Shown here: one piece after another, positions 36,876 through 48,447 of the stretch
How positions within the stretch are numbered: position 1 is the first letter of the stretch
How the letters are laid out: every line of letters starts with the position of its first letter
Origin: Azolla caroliniana
Taxonomy: Eukaryota; Plantae; Polypodiophyta
Assembly (NCBI GenBank): GCA_043228905.1
Contig: JBHGNT010000003.1
Location: forward strand, 6,076,001-6,140,000
Reading direction: 5' to 3'
DNA length: 64,000 nucleotides
Program-made: the position numbers and the translations under genes
Notes under the pieces: model-generated
What the model saw: the letters and a program-made list of their open reading frames with translations, nothing else
The model's database searches: none
Told to the model about the DNA's origin: nothing

Positions 36876-39800
36876 AAATAAACTAGAAAAACGTTTTTAT
36901 ATTATTTAATATTTTCTAATTGTTGTTAAAGTTGTACAGCCTCGTTTTCTAATTGTAGTTTGAATGGGATCCTTGGATAATATTCCCACTCAGCATTAAA
37001 TAGGTATTTATGAGGCCATGACTTAGCTATCACATCAGCATTTAAAGCTCTTCTTCTAGGAGCATATTCTCTGTATCTTGAATAGCACCATCGATAGCAC
37101 TTCCCGCACTCCAGAGATCTCTCTATTTGGATCAACCTATGCTAGAGATCTTTCAAAGAAAAAAATTCAATCTACCAAACAAATAATGAGATTCTTTAGC
37201 CACATTTTATTTTTATTTACTTTTTTAGATTTATTTAGGTTTCTTTTTAGAGACAAGACAACATTTTAAGATGTAATATCTAATTTGGTGTTATTGGACA
37301 TTTTGGCCTCTTAAAGATGTTAATATATCTTTCTTTCTGGGATGACACCAAATAATCAATTGGGCTTGCCCCCTCTTGGGGTTCCTGACCTGTGTGGTGT
37401 TGGTTGTGACAGTCAGAACAAACTTTGCAAGCAGAGTAATTAAGTGCCTTTTTTAAAGTTTCTTTATAATTACCGAGATGCTCATTGCTATCAGGTCTTT
37501 GAGGAACTTTATCTACATAATAAAAACCTCTAAAACATCTGTTGTCCTTAAGACAACAAAGAGACAATATGTACTTCATAGATCTTCCTAATGTCTACAG
37601 AGTACCCTCATTCCATATTCCAACTGATAAATAAGCCTTGTTTCCTGCATATAGGACACCCTTTCTAAGAGAGACTACTGATGACACAAAAGAACATATA
37701 TCATAAAACAACCTAAGATTCCAATGGAATAAACAATTAAGAAAACAAAATAAAATGAAAAACCTTCTATTTGGGTCTAGTAGAGGAAGAAGTTCCAATG
37801 CCAATTCATTATCGTTCTTGCTTCTAAAAGAGGAGAATATATCTGCGGCTTGAGCATCTCGTTTTAGAGCAAGCCCTTTAAGCAAGTTTGCTTGCCCTGT
37901 ATTAATAGCACCTGTTAAAACCATTGAGTCCAGCCGTACAAGCATATCACTAAAAATAGGAATCAGCTCTATAGTTGTTCCAGAATAGTGTTTCCTCCCG
38001 TTGTCATAACCTATTAAACACCATGAAAATCAGTAGTCTGTTAGCCTGTTCACTGAATTCTTAAAGATAAATGTAAGAAATTTAAAAAAAAAAACAGATT
38101 AACTGTATCTGTCTGAAGTATTTTAATCCAGGTTTGGCAATATGCAAAACAAAGCATGTTTGCTAGTACTGTATCAGACAAAGTACAAGATCTACTAAAT
38201 CTCAAGCAACAGGATCTTGTGACAAAGTACAAGATCTACTTATTTTAGTGCACTATCTATTATCACTTCAATAAATCCAAAATAGCTGAATGGGCACTTT
38301 ATAGGCTGTTCATCCAGATGAGATTTGATCTATGTTCCTATCTCAAACAAATCTCTCATAAATAAACTTGTCATTCAGTTGTAAATGCTAGAGAAAAAGG
38401 CAAGAGATGCATTAGGAGTATCAGATTGAAACAACAGCAAGGGCAAAGGTGGGATATTATTTTGGCATCATTCACAACCAATAGGAACTTCATTTGAATT
38501 TAGGGGTCTCTCTTATGAATTGCAATATGTGAAGGTATACCACGATGATCAATTATGTTTCATCATGAACAATATCGCTATCTGATTCTAATTGATGTAA
38601 AATGAGCTTGTTTATCCAATCATGATATGTGTCCTCAGGAAGATCCACAATAAAATCCACGAGATATTTTCCCATGGCCAGTCAAGAATTGCTGATGGTT
38701 ATATCAAATGGGATGTGTCCTGCCATTGTTCATCCACTTTTGACATATAAGCATGCACACATAAAAATGTCCACGTCACATCTTAGTGAAGACCAATAAA
38801 ATAATGGCAAAACTACCTTCAATGTTGCATTAAACCCTCAATATCCAAGTGCGTGAATATCAATAATCCAATAATCATCCTATTCTGCAAAGGTTTAGTA
38901 GCACATTTGCCAGCAGGTATTAATACATACAAAAGAAACTGATGTAGTACACTTTGGCCTATCTCACAACACTTAAATAGGGGAAGGGAAGCAATTCAAG
39001 AGGCAATCAGCACACACACATTCACGAGTAGGAATGTGCTATATAATCTTAAGAGATAGAAAGATTACTACCATTATTATTTTTACTACCATCTGACTTG
39101 GATGCTTCCAAACTTCTCTGCCATACATCACGTTCAGTTGCCACTGCTTCAATTTCAGCTTCTAATAAGTTTGCCCTTGCTAGTAAAGCCTCCTTCTCTC
39201 TTTCAACTTTCTGGAGATTATCAATTGCAGCTACACGTTGCTTGTTCAAAAATAACATATCTATAAGATAAAACAAATATTTAGACCAGGAATTTAAGGC
39301 CAATTTAGAGCTATAAAAATACATCAATGAGTCTGAATCCAACTCCAAATCAGCTAGTAAAACTACAGCAGAAGTGAATCATATACGAATGCAGCAATCC
39401 AATACATAAATGCTTGAGTTGACTTATCAGTTGAAACCATACCAAACGTAATATACATATAAGGAATCTCATCAAATACTATGGAAAGGGACATTATAGC
39501 TTAAATGTGGGACCAAATTGCATAGGACATTAATTAGCTGAAATCCCTCTCTTTCAGTATCTCTCATTTCTGTATCTCTTCCAGCAGAACTATGTTTCTT
39601 CAGCTCGAGGATTCATGGATTCACATTGCATTGACATAGCAGCACAATTTTCTAACGTTTTCACAAAACTACATAATTTTCTGGGGTATCTGGGTTGTTT
39701 TTCAGAATATATATCAATGGAATTAATTGTTCCTACTTCAAATCAAATTCAAAACTGAAGCTGGAATCGAGACTTGCTTTGTTGGATATCATTGAAGAGC

Positions 39801-41467
39801 TTCATCACATCATTTGAGTTAGTTAAGTCTGCTTTCTCCTGAAAATGTCATGCATTGTCCACTGAGATGTCAAGTTCATTCATCAATTCATTTAGCTAGT
39901 CAAGTTCACTACCATTTGACCCAGCTCTAGCGCGTCAGCTGCATTTTCTGCACTCCTGTAAAATATAAATAATTCTTCACATCCTAGCTCAGAAAAAAAT
40001 CTACGCAATACTCTCTACACATGCCCAGATATCATATACTAGACCAAAGTACCAAACAATTGAAATTAGTAACATGCGCTTTTAAGTTACAGTATGAAAA
40101 GTTTAGGATATCAAAGTCTAAATAAGCAAATGAAGATTATGTGGAACTATTCACTCTTTACTATATTTGGAGCATTTCAATAGTCCCATTTATGACGACC
40201 ATGTTTCTTTCTTTTTACCATAGAATTGTTGATGTTTCTGGTGACTAGGAGCCTACAAAATATCGTAATGATAACCGTACTCCCAAACTATAATGAAATT
40301 TCCAGGAAGACAAGCAGTATGTTGTAACCTCTATTTGGTTTGAAAAATGCTATGATGTAGCATATGCAAAGTTATTCATGGTTGTGAAAGAAAGTTATTT
40401 CCTTTGAAAGGTCATGATTGAGAACTATGACATACTTCAGATGAATTGATGATCCACCAGCTCCCTCATCTCCACCATTGCTGCAGTAGGACAAATTAAA
40501 TCTTAATTCTATGATACAAAAGTTAAGGTAAGGTGTATTACATCGAGATTGTGGAAGTACAGTATGAAGGAATCTAAATTTTCATACCCAATGATTAATG
40601 GAAAGCTAACAAAGATATTGGCAAAAGGATCAAGACTCTAAAAATAAACCAAAATCATTCCAAAAGGGTTGAGACTCTAAAACTAAACCAAAACCATTTC
40701 CAAAAAGATCAAGTTTCTAAATTTTAAACCAAAGCTATTTGTAAAAGGATTGAGACTACAAACCTGAACTGAAAGCATTTCCAAAAGTATCGAGGCTTCT
40801 AAAACTATATCAAAGGATTGAACTTTCTCAGATAATATATGTGAAAATCGTAGAACTGGGAAGAGATGCTATCTTAATTTACCTTGACAAGAATCTATAG
40901 TAAACCAATACAATTCCGAGAGGATCAAGAATCCACAACTGATTAAGAAAAGAACGAACTGGACTCACAGTATTGTTCAGAAAGTACATTGAGTTACCTT
41001 CATTTCTTGAAGGATCAAGAATTTAGAAGGAGACCAAAAAAACGAACTCAGCTCATAGTATCACTCAAAAAATGCATTGCTTCACCTTCGGTTCCAAGAA
41101 GATTGAAACACCAAAACTAATCGAGCAAAGAAGGAATTGAACTCTCATTATTACACAGAATAACGAGTTGATTTATCATCGTTCCCGGGAAGATAAAGAA
41201 TCCAAAACTTATGGAGCTAAACAAAAAAATACAAAAACTCGCAGAATGTAACAGGAAGCGTATGCAAGAAAACCTATAAATGCCGAAACGATGGTGTATA
41301 CAGATTTACCTTGACGAAGAAGTAGAAGGAGCAGCTGAAAGACATAGGCATGGAGAGCGTCGAAGGGGATGGGAGATCCTCCTGCTATAGAAAGAGACGA
41401 TGAAGTTAGGGTTAAGTCCGGGGCGGCTCGGAGTCAGGGAAGGAGAGCAGGAAACCATCGTCGCCAT
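23817..41467 (-). CDS. SS5: Starch synthase 5 (non-canonical, SS4-related), ~20 exons, with plastid transit peptide, coiled coil, GT5 and C-terminal GT1 lobes
   Basis: Exons 41310-41467, 40436-40480, 39913-39955, 39778-39838, 39072/39090-39260, 37764-38010, 35691-35825, 35510-35614, 35324-35422, 33844-33973, 29061-29111, 28864-28974, 28683-28786, 28416-28584, 27750-27836, 27550-27609, 24393-24497, 24242-24297, 24014-24128, 23817-23936 splice in phase. SS5-like motifs: QNMLFLNKQRVAA, LVRLDSMVL, GLHITHICTEL, PDVLHLHNWQTAIV, TRILLTC, CGLDP..DRFQDN..VNILKGGVVYANKV, KDFSWD. Confidence 0.88.
25330..26100 (-). mobile_element. Decayed Ty1/copia RT remnant in an SS5 intron
   Basis: MEQ....PGKECLVCKLN..WYKKFDAFILSHGF....ADH..ILMLYV; FAMKDLG follows. 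Confidence 0.8.
28000..28380. repeat. Intronic repeat related to 36290-36720
   Basis: Shares AGTTAGAGATT(G/A)AGGTAG...GCTGTTTTT...ATGAAATA...GGAATATGAGGAC with the copy near 36368-36662. Confidence 0.65.
31254..31541. mobile_element. hAT-type MITE (288 bp) with 8-bp TSD GTATCCAC
   Basis: Imperfect TIRs TAGGAATCAGCAACAGTTCGG / CCAAACTATTGCCGACTCCTA; GTATCCAC at 31246-31253 and 31542-31549. Confidence 0.88.
36395..36530. repeat. ~51-bp tandem triplication
   Basis: GCATGCCTTTAGAAGAAAGAGTTTTCTAAT occurs three times. Confidence 0.85.
36764..36876 (+). repeat. Short interspersed element with a (TTTC)n tail; further copies at ~30757-30815, ~37250-37338 and (reverse) ~34220-34296
   Basis: Shared core CATTTTGGCCTCTTAAAAGA...ATATATCTTTCTTTC. 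Confidence 0.75.
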
Positions 41468-41621
41468 CGCCGCCTCTCGCGAAGAAAAGCTACCTCCACA
41501 GTCACTACCTCCCTTCCTATCTCTATCATCAGTCAGTAATTAGTTATTTCACATAAATGCCCCCCCTCATGTTTTGGTTATTTCACATCAATGCCCCCCC
41601 CTAAAGTTTTAATTATTTCAG

Positions 41622-41832
41622 AACAAATGCCCTTAGTCTCAAGGCATGCCCTTTTTTGCCCTTTGTATATGTTGCTCTGATCTAGCGCAATGGTGGGTCG
41701 TCACGTGGTTCCATTAGTAATAATAATAATAATTTGTATACTTTCACAACAAATGCCCCTATGTCTCAAGGCCTGCCTTTTTTTTTGCCTTGTGTATATG
41801 TTGCTCTGATCTAGCACCAATGGTGGGTTGTC
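41622..41832. repeat. ~80-bp direct duplication in the SS5 proximal promoter
   Basis: AACAAATGCCC...TCTCAAGGC...GTATATGTTGCTCTGATCTAGC..AATGGTGGGT at ~41622 and ~41748. Confidence 0.75.
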
Positions 41833-42112
41833 TGTCGCTTGGTCCCCTAAGTAATAAAAAACTCGTTGACTCTATGTGAGATCGAGGTCATCCAGGACTT
41901 CATGTTGTGTTTGAGAGACCATGATGAGGGCGCGTGTGTTGCTATGGTGCGCGATCATGTGTCATCCTATCATCGTTGTATATACTATGTGAGATCAAGT
42001 CATCTTGGATTTCTCTCGTCCATGTTGTCTTTGAGCAAATAACATTGTCGTCACTTCATCCTTGGTTAGTCGTAGAAATATAGATAGATAGATCTCTTCA
42101 TCTTTGGTTAGT

Positions 42113-42114
<2 letters not shown>

Positions 42115-42180
<66 letters not shown>
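42115..42180. repeat. Compound (TA)n(GA)n microsatellite
   Basis: Direct inspection; (GA)n tracts also occur at ~50261-50294 and ~55987-56032. Confidence 0.9.
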
Positions 42181-43510
42181 TTATATTATATTATATTATT
42201 GTCTTTGGAGGTCAAATATGACCTATGAGACCAAAAATATTACATTTCACGTGATACGTGTGAAAGTGAGTAGCGACTCTCGATGTTAAAGACCTTTACC
42301 AATGAACGTTGCAATTGAGAGTGCACGTTGTGGTTGTGAGAGAAATTCCTGCAATGATTGGGCTTGGTCAAAGATGTGTGGGAAGCATGGATGAATATGA
42401 TCAAAGGTAGAGCATTATACCAAAATGTGATACTTTGACTCTCGAACTTGTTTAGGGCAAAGTGTGCATAGTCGAGCACTCTCATCACTTGTGCCCCAAT
42501 GCCCCATCTCACATTGCAATGCATGTGAGCTACGTCACATGGAAGCAATGGTTTTAATGGAAGTCAATGGAATGGGCTCTAACACATATCGATGTGTATA
42601 GTTTCCTCGTTCCGCGAAGAATATGGTTTTGTAGTTAGGTGCAACATGTGTAGTGTAATGTGTGAAGCATGAGCCTCCACATTTTTCCCATGTCATGATA
42701 CATTCGTGTTGCAAAAAGGCCTCATTTACAGAGGAATCTAGTGATGCATCATGAAGCAAATGTGTTGCATCCCATCTATCAAACCACTTTTTCATATATT
42801 GCATCCAACTAGAACACAAAAAATTGTTTTTACGCGTCTTTTGGATCTTTTTGCTTGCTTCCCATGCGATTATAGGAAGTCAAAGTGAGGAGCTTTTTTG
42901 AACCTTAAGCATGTATTCAACAACCCTTTCCATGGCCATGATCTCAATGGGAAGTGATCCTGTTGCAAGGAGGAGGAGGATATGTGGCGTTTGTTTCTTA
43001 ACTTGTAGAAACTTTGTAAGAAAATGTTTTGGACATTTTTAAACTCTTTCGAAGTAGATTTAAGAACGCTACCATCCCATAGAGAAGCACCAGTGTCACC
43101 AAAGTGTTGAAAAGGTATTTCTTGAGGACCCAACAGTTAATATCTCCATGATTGCATGTGTTCTCCAATGCATAATATGCTCACTTTCCCACCTCTAAGT
43201 AGTGTGTAGCACATTCATTCCATCTATGATTTGAAGGAACTTCAAGGCCATGATTTTAAGCTTTCCACACATTCAAGTGGCTCATTATTGCACATAATGC
43301 ATGACTTATCTCTTTTTTGGCTCTTCACAAGCATAATCTTTGTTTTAGAGCTATTAACACTTAATTTCATATGCATGCAAATTTTTTCCAATACTTTCAT
43401 AAACTTTTGTGTATCATCTGCATATAGCAAAAGAATAATGACAACATTCCCTATTGCAACTTCTTAAACACCTTCTTCCTTTACAAACTTGGGAATAATT
43501 TCTTCCAATT

Positions 43511-43864
43511 TGTCACGGATCATAAGCTCAAGAGATAAGCAAGAAGATAACCAAATGGACAAGCAAGAAGATAGTATTAAAGGAAAGACTCCATAACTGG
43601 TGTTGTTCACCTTGAATTCCTTCAAGGTGATCTCCTCTATTTATACTACATGGCATGCATACTTGTTGCACGCATGTGAATCTACAATAGAGCATGTAGG
43701 TATGCATGCATGTGCCAAGTGTAAATACTACAAGGGAGCAACTATGCACATGATGCTAGCAAAATAATAAGGATCAATTACATACATAACTATATACTAG
43801 TTATCTTGGTTAACTCATAATACTAGATTATAACTATGTCATGTCAAGAGTTCGAATCTTGACA
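43511..43864 (-). repeat. 3' LTR
   Basis: Direct repeat of 48448-48801, about 11 mismatches by eye. Confidence 0.95.
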
Positions 43865-46800
43865 TTATCCCCCCTCCTACGCCGCCTTCCCAAATCGGCC
43901 GCTGGTTTGTGGGGATATCAGTGATGAAAATCTTGGACGACCTCTGGGGCATTTTGTAAATTTGTTGATGGTTCCCACGTGGCCTCAGACATGGGGTAAC
44001 CCCTCCATAGGACGAGGTATTGCAAGTGTCGACGGTGCCAACGTGAGTCAAGGATTTGGTCGACCTCGTATTCCTCCCCTGTCGTCAATTGCACAGGTGG
44101 TGGTGGTGGGGCCTGACATCCTGGGAGTTGTGAAGCATAATGGGGTTCGAGGAGGGAGACATGAAAAACATCGTGAATCCGGAAGTGGTATGGAAGGGCG
44201 AGCCGGAAGGCGACGGGATTGATGCACTCGATGATACAGAATGGTCCCAACTTCTTGTAATCAAGTTTCACACATGGACGAGTAGTAGAGATGTGTCGAC
44301 GTAACAACCAGACCATGTCTCCAACGACAAAGTGTGGAGTGGAAGATCGATGGCGATCAGCCTGCTTCTTGTATCATTCACTAGCAAGACTAAGCTCCAA
44401 GGATAAATCATGATGTAGTTCTTCCAAAATGCGGGCGCGATCCTCCGCCGAAGGGTTCACGGAAGTGGTAGGAAGGGAAATGTTGAAGCGAGGATGTAAA
44501 CCATAGTTGGCAAAGAAGGGAGTGACGCCAGTTGATGCATGGAGAGAATTATTGTAGGAGAATTCCGCGAGCGAAAGTAAGTTGACCCAATCATCTTGTT
44601 GGTAACTAACCGAGCACCGAAGATACTGCTCAAGGATTTGGTTGACACGCTCCGTTTGCCCGTCAGTTTGGGGGTGATAAGCGGAGGACAACTTGACAGA
44701 GATGCCTAAAGTTTGTAGCAGGCGCTGCTAGAAGTGAGAGACAACTAGGGTCCGTGATCCGAGATGACATCATCGGGGAGTCCATGCAAGCGTACCACAT
44801 TGTTGAGTAGTAGATGCACCATTCCTTCTCTGAAAATGGTTTTGGAACATGGAGTGAAGTGACCCATCTTCGTAAACCGATCAACAACGACCAACACCGA
44901 GTCATATCTATTGACCAATGGTAGATCTGTTATCATGTCCATAGAGATAGAGGCCCAAGGATGATGAGGACATGGAAGCGGCTGTAGTAAGCCGTATGGC
45001 CGATGATGAATGGCTTTGGAGCGAGCACAAACCTCACAACTCTTTATGTATTCTTTGACCAACTTCCATGGTTCTGGCCACCAATACCCCCGAGAGATTA
45101 GCTCGAGGGTTTTCGCGACCCCGAAATGACTTGCAAGTGGGTCATCGTGGCATTCCCGCAACACCCGGGTGCGACATGGCCCCTCCGGGACGTATAAGAG
45201 ATGATCTCGGAACAACAAACCCTCTTGTATGGTGAAGGTGTCAAGATCCTTCCTTTTGGTCGCCTTGGAGGGGTTTTGCAAACTATCTCGAATCTCGTTG
45301 GCGAACGCATCGGTCTTGGATGCATCAGTGATTTGTTGGAGTAAAGAATCATCCTGCAACATACAAGTGGCAAAAAGATGCAATAGGTCGGGTTTCAACA
45401 AACGTCTAGATTGTTGAGCATAAGCAGCATCCCCAAGGAGGAGTGCAAGGTCAGCTCAGCGAGAAAGGGCATCAGCCTTCCCATGTTGGCAACCAAGTCG
45501 AAATACGATCTCAAAATCATAGTCGGCGAGAAATGTCGACCAACGGGCCTGCCTTCGATTCAAAGTACGAGTGGTGGAAAAATAAACTAAATTTTTATGA
45601 TCGGTCACTACATGGACACGATGTTGTGTGCCGGCCAAGTAGGGTCGCCATTCTTCAAAGGCAGCAATGATAGCAGCAAGCTCCTTGTCGTAAATGGGAT
45701 AATTGATTTCGGATGCCGTAAATTTTTGGGAATAGTAAGCCACTGGGTGCATTAGGTTGTTGTCATCTGCCCGGGATAAGATGGCGCCAATGGCAAAGTC
45801 AGAGGCATCAGTTTCGACTTGGAAGGGTTTTGTGGGGTCGGCATGTAGTAGCACCGGGGTAGTGATGAATGCGTGTTTGAGTGAGTCGAACGCATTTTGC
45901 GCCTCCGAGGTCCATAAAAATGGATTGCCTTTATGGGTGAGAGCGATAAGAGGTTGTGCTAGGGTGGAAAACCCCTTGATGAAGCGACAGAAAAAATTCG
46001 CAAAGCCGAGGAAGGATTACACATCTTTAAGTCGCCTTGGAGTCGCCCACGCTTGAATGACAGAGACCTTCTTCATATCCATGGTGATGCCAGTGGGCGA
46101 GATGATGTAGCCCAGAAATTCGATCGAGATACGGTCGAACTTGCATTTCTCGCCTTTAGCATAAAGGCCATGCTCGCGAAGTTTGGCAAGAACTAATCGG
46201 ACTTGGCGAGTGTGCTCTTCCATGTTTGGCGAGAAAATGAGAATATCATTGAGGTAAATGACAACAAAAAGATCAAGATATTCCCGGAATATATCGTTCA
46301 TCATATGTTGAAAAATTGTGGGAGCATTAGTAAGACCAAAAGGCATTACCTTGTATTCGAAATGCCCATACCATGTTCGAAATGCGGTTTTCCATTCATC
46401 CCCCGGCTTGATGCGTACTAGATTGTACGCTCCACGCAGATCAACTTTGGAGAAGACACGCGCAACTCAAAGCCGATCAAGGAGTTCGGGGATCAGAGGT
46501 AGTGGATAGCGGTTGCGCACAGAGAGTTCGTTGAGACCTCGGTAGTCGACGCATAAGCGTAGAGAGCCGTCCTTCTTCTTCACAAATAAAATGGGGGCCC
46601 CGGCTGGTGACTTAGAAGGTTGAATAAATCCTTTCTCGAGGTTCTCATCGAGATACACACGAAGGGCCTTCAACTCTGGTGCAGACAACGCATATAGAGG
46701 ACCAAAGGGTGGACACGCACCTTCTTGAAGATCAATCGGACAATCGTAGAGCCGGTGTTCAAGCAAACGATCAGCATTACATTTTTCAAATACGTCGGAG

Positions 46801-47380
46801 AAGTGTTGGTATTTTTCGGGTATAACATGGAGTGTGTTAGAAATGGCGCCACAAACAAACCCATCCTGGACCGATGATGGGGTAGTCAATTCGGAGTCGA
46901 CCGTCTCCGAAGGATAGGAAACTGAATTTACCTTCATACTTTTGCACGAGCATCTTGGCTTGCTAAATGTGATCGAGCGGTTGCACCAATCCACTATTGG
47001 ATTGTGCGCCTCCAACCACGTTAGTCCTAAGACGATCGGATGTCGAGGAGATGCGATGAGGTAAAAGGCGAGCTCCTCCTGGTGTGAGCCCACCCGAAGC
47101 TCTAATGGGATTGTAGCTTGAGTAATTGCACCTGACGAGAGGACGCACCTGTCGATGGCTTCAACTGGAATGGGTTTTGAGAGGTCAACGACAGGTACGC
47201 CATGTGCTTGGGCAAACGCGACGTCGATGAAGCAAGAAGATGTCCCAGAATCAAGTAAAGCAACAGACTGAATGGAACTAGAGTTAAACGAAAGCCATAC
47301 CTCCAATGTGAAATTGCCTGATGGTCCGGCAATGGAACCAAGAGAATGTGGGCGACGGGAGTTGTCCAGTTGCATGGCTC

Positions 47381-48397
47381 CTACTGCAACCGAACGATGT
47401 CGTTTTCCGGATGTTGGGGTCCGTTAGCTCGATGGAATTGTGGGCGAGTACTCCTAGGACAATGGCGAACGACATGACCGGAGGCGCCACAATACATGCA
47501 CAAGCCATTAGCCCGCCGAAATTGTCGTTCAGCATCAGTCAATGGCCAAAATCGGGCTTGATCAATTTCCATGGGGACAGGAGCATCTGCCAAAGTAGGC
47601 GAGTGTGAGGATGCCTGGGGTTGTATGACCGGGGCGTGGCGTGGAAGTGGATGAGGTGGAACCCAAGTCCGGCGCTCTTCTTGGCGAAATTCGAAAAGAC
47701 GATTGTCACAATGGACTGCTTGTGAAATCTCTTGGGATAACGAGGTGGGCTCCGGAAAGTTTAAGAGAAGATTCTTGACATTGCTTCGAAGGCCGCGCCG
47801 AAAGTGATCAGCTAAAGCTTGATCATCCCAATTGACGTCGCATGCTAGTTGTCGAAATTCTGAAGCATAGACCGAAGCTGCACGCGAACCTTGTTCGAGT
47901 GCATAAATCTTGTTAAGAGTTGTACGTCGTCGGTCCGTCTCTCCAAATGTGGCCTCTAACTCGGCGAGGAAGGCGGGAAAGTCCTCCAATAGAGGTGACA
48001 AGGTTTCTACCAATGGTGCAAACCAAGCTTGGGCCGGACCAGAGAGAAGGGTGCCCACAAGGCCAACTTGTTGAAGACCATCTCCATAACGTTGAGGTTG
48101 TAGCCGAATGATAAGTCGAACTTGGTTGATGAACCCTCGGAAACGCGACCTCGTTCCATCAAATTTTTCTGGGAGGCTAACCTTAGGCTCAAGAAACTGT
48201 GACGAAGCTAGGCTAGATGTTGGTAGAAGATCAGGCTCTAGGCTAGGTTGTTGTGGGAGACTAGGGTTCGGGGGTTGTGAGGATAGGGAGGTATCAACTT
48301 GAAGTTCTTGTAAAGAATTTCGAAGAGCTTCATTTTCAAGCTGTAGTTGTCGTAAGGCTACCATTATTTGGCCTAACTCACTAGTTGAGTCGGACAT
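47381..48397 (-). CDS. gag: Retrotransposon Gag (PEG10/sushi-like), intact ORF
   Basis: PEKFDG motif, PVPMEID, CCHC knuckle [14 protein letters not shown]. Confidence 0.9.
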   Translation of the reverse strand: MSDSTSELGQIMVALRQLQLENEALRNSLQELQVDTSLSSQPPNPSLPQQPSLEPDLLPTSSLASSQFLEPKVSLPEKFDGTRSRFRGFINQVRLIIRLQPQRYGDGLQQVGLVGTLLSGPAQAWFAPLVETLSPLLEDFPAFLAELEATFGETDRRRTTLNKIYALEQGSRAASVYASEFRQLACDVNWDDQALADHFRRGLRSNVKNLLLNFPEPTSLSQEISQAVHCDNRLFEFRQEERRTWVPPHPLPRHAPVIQPQASSHSPTLADAPVPMEIDQARFWPLTDAERQFRRANGLCMYCGASGHVVRHCPRSTRPQFHRANGPQHPENDIVRLQ

Positions 48398-48447
48398 AGC
48401 TAGGGCTTATGAGAGGGAGAGCTATGAGGATGGGAAGGTGAACAAAC

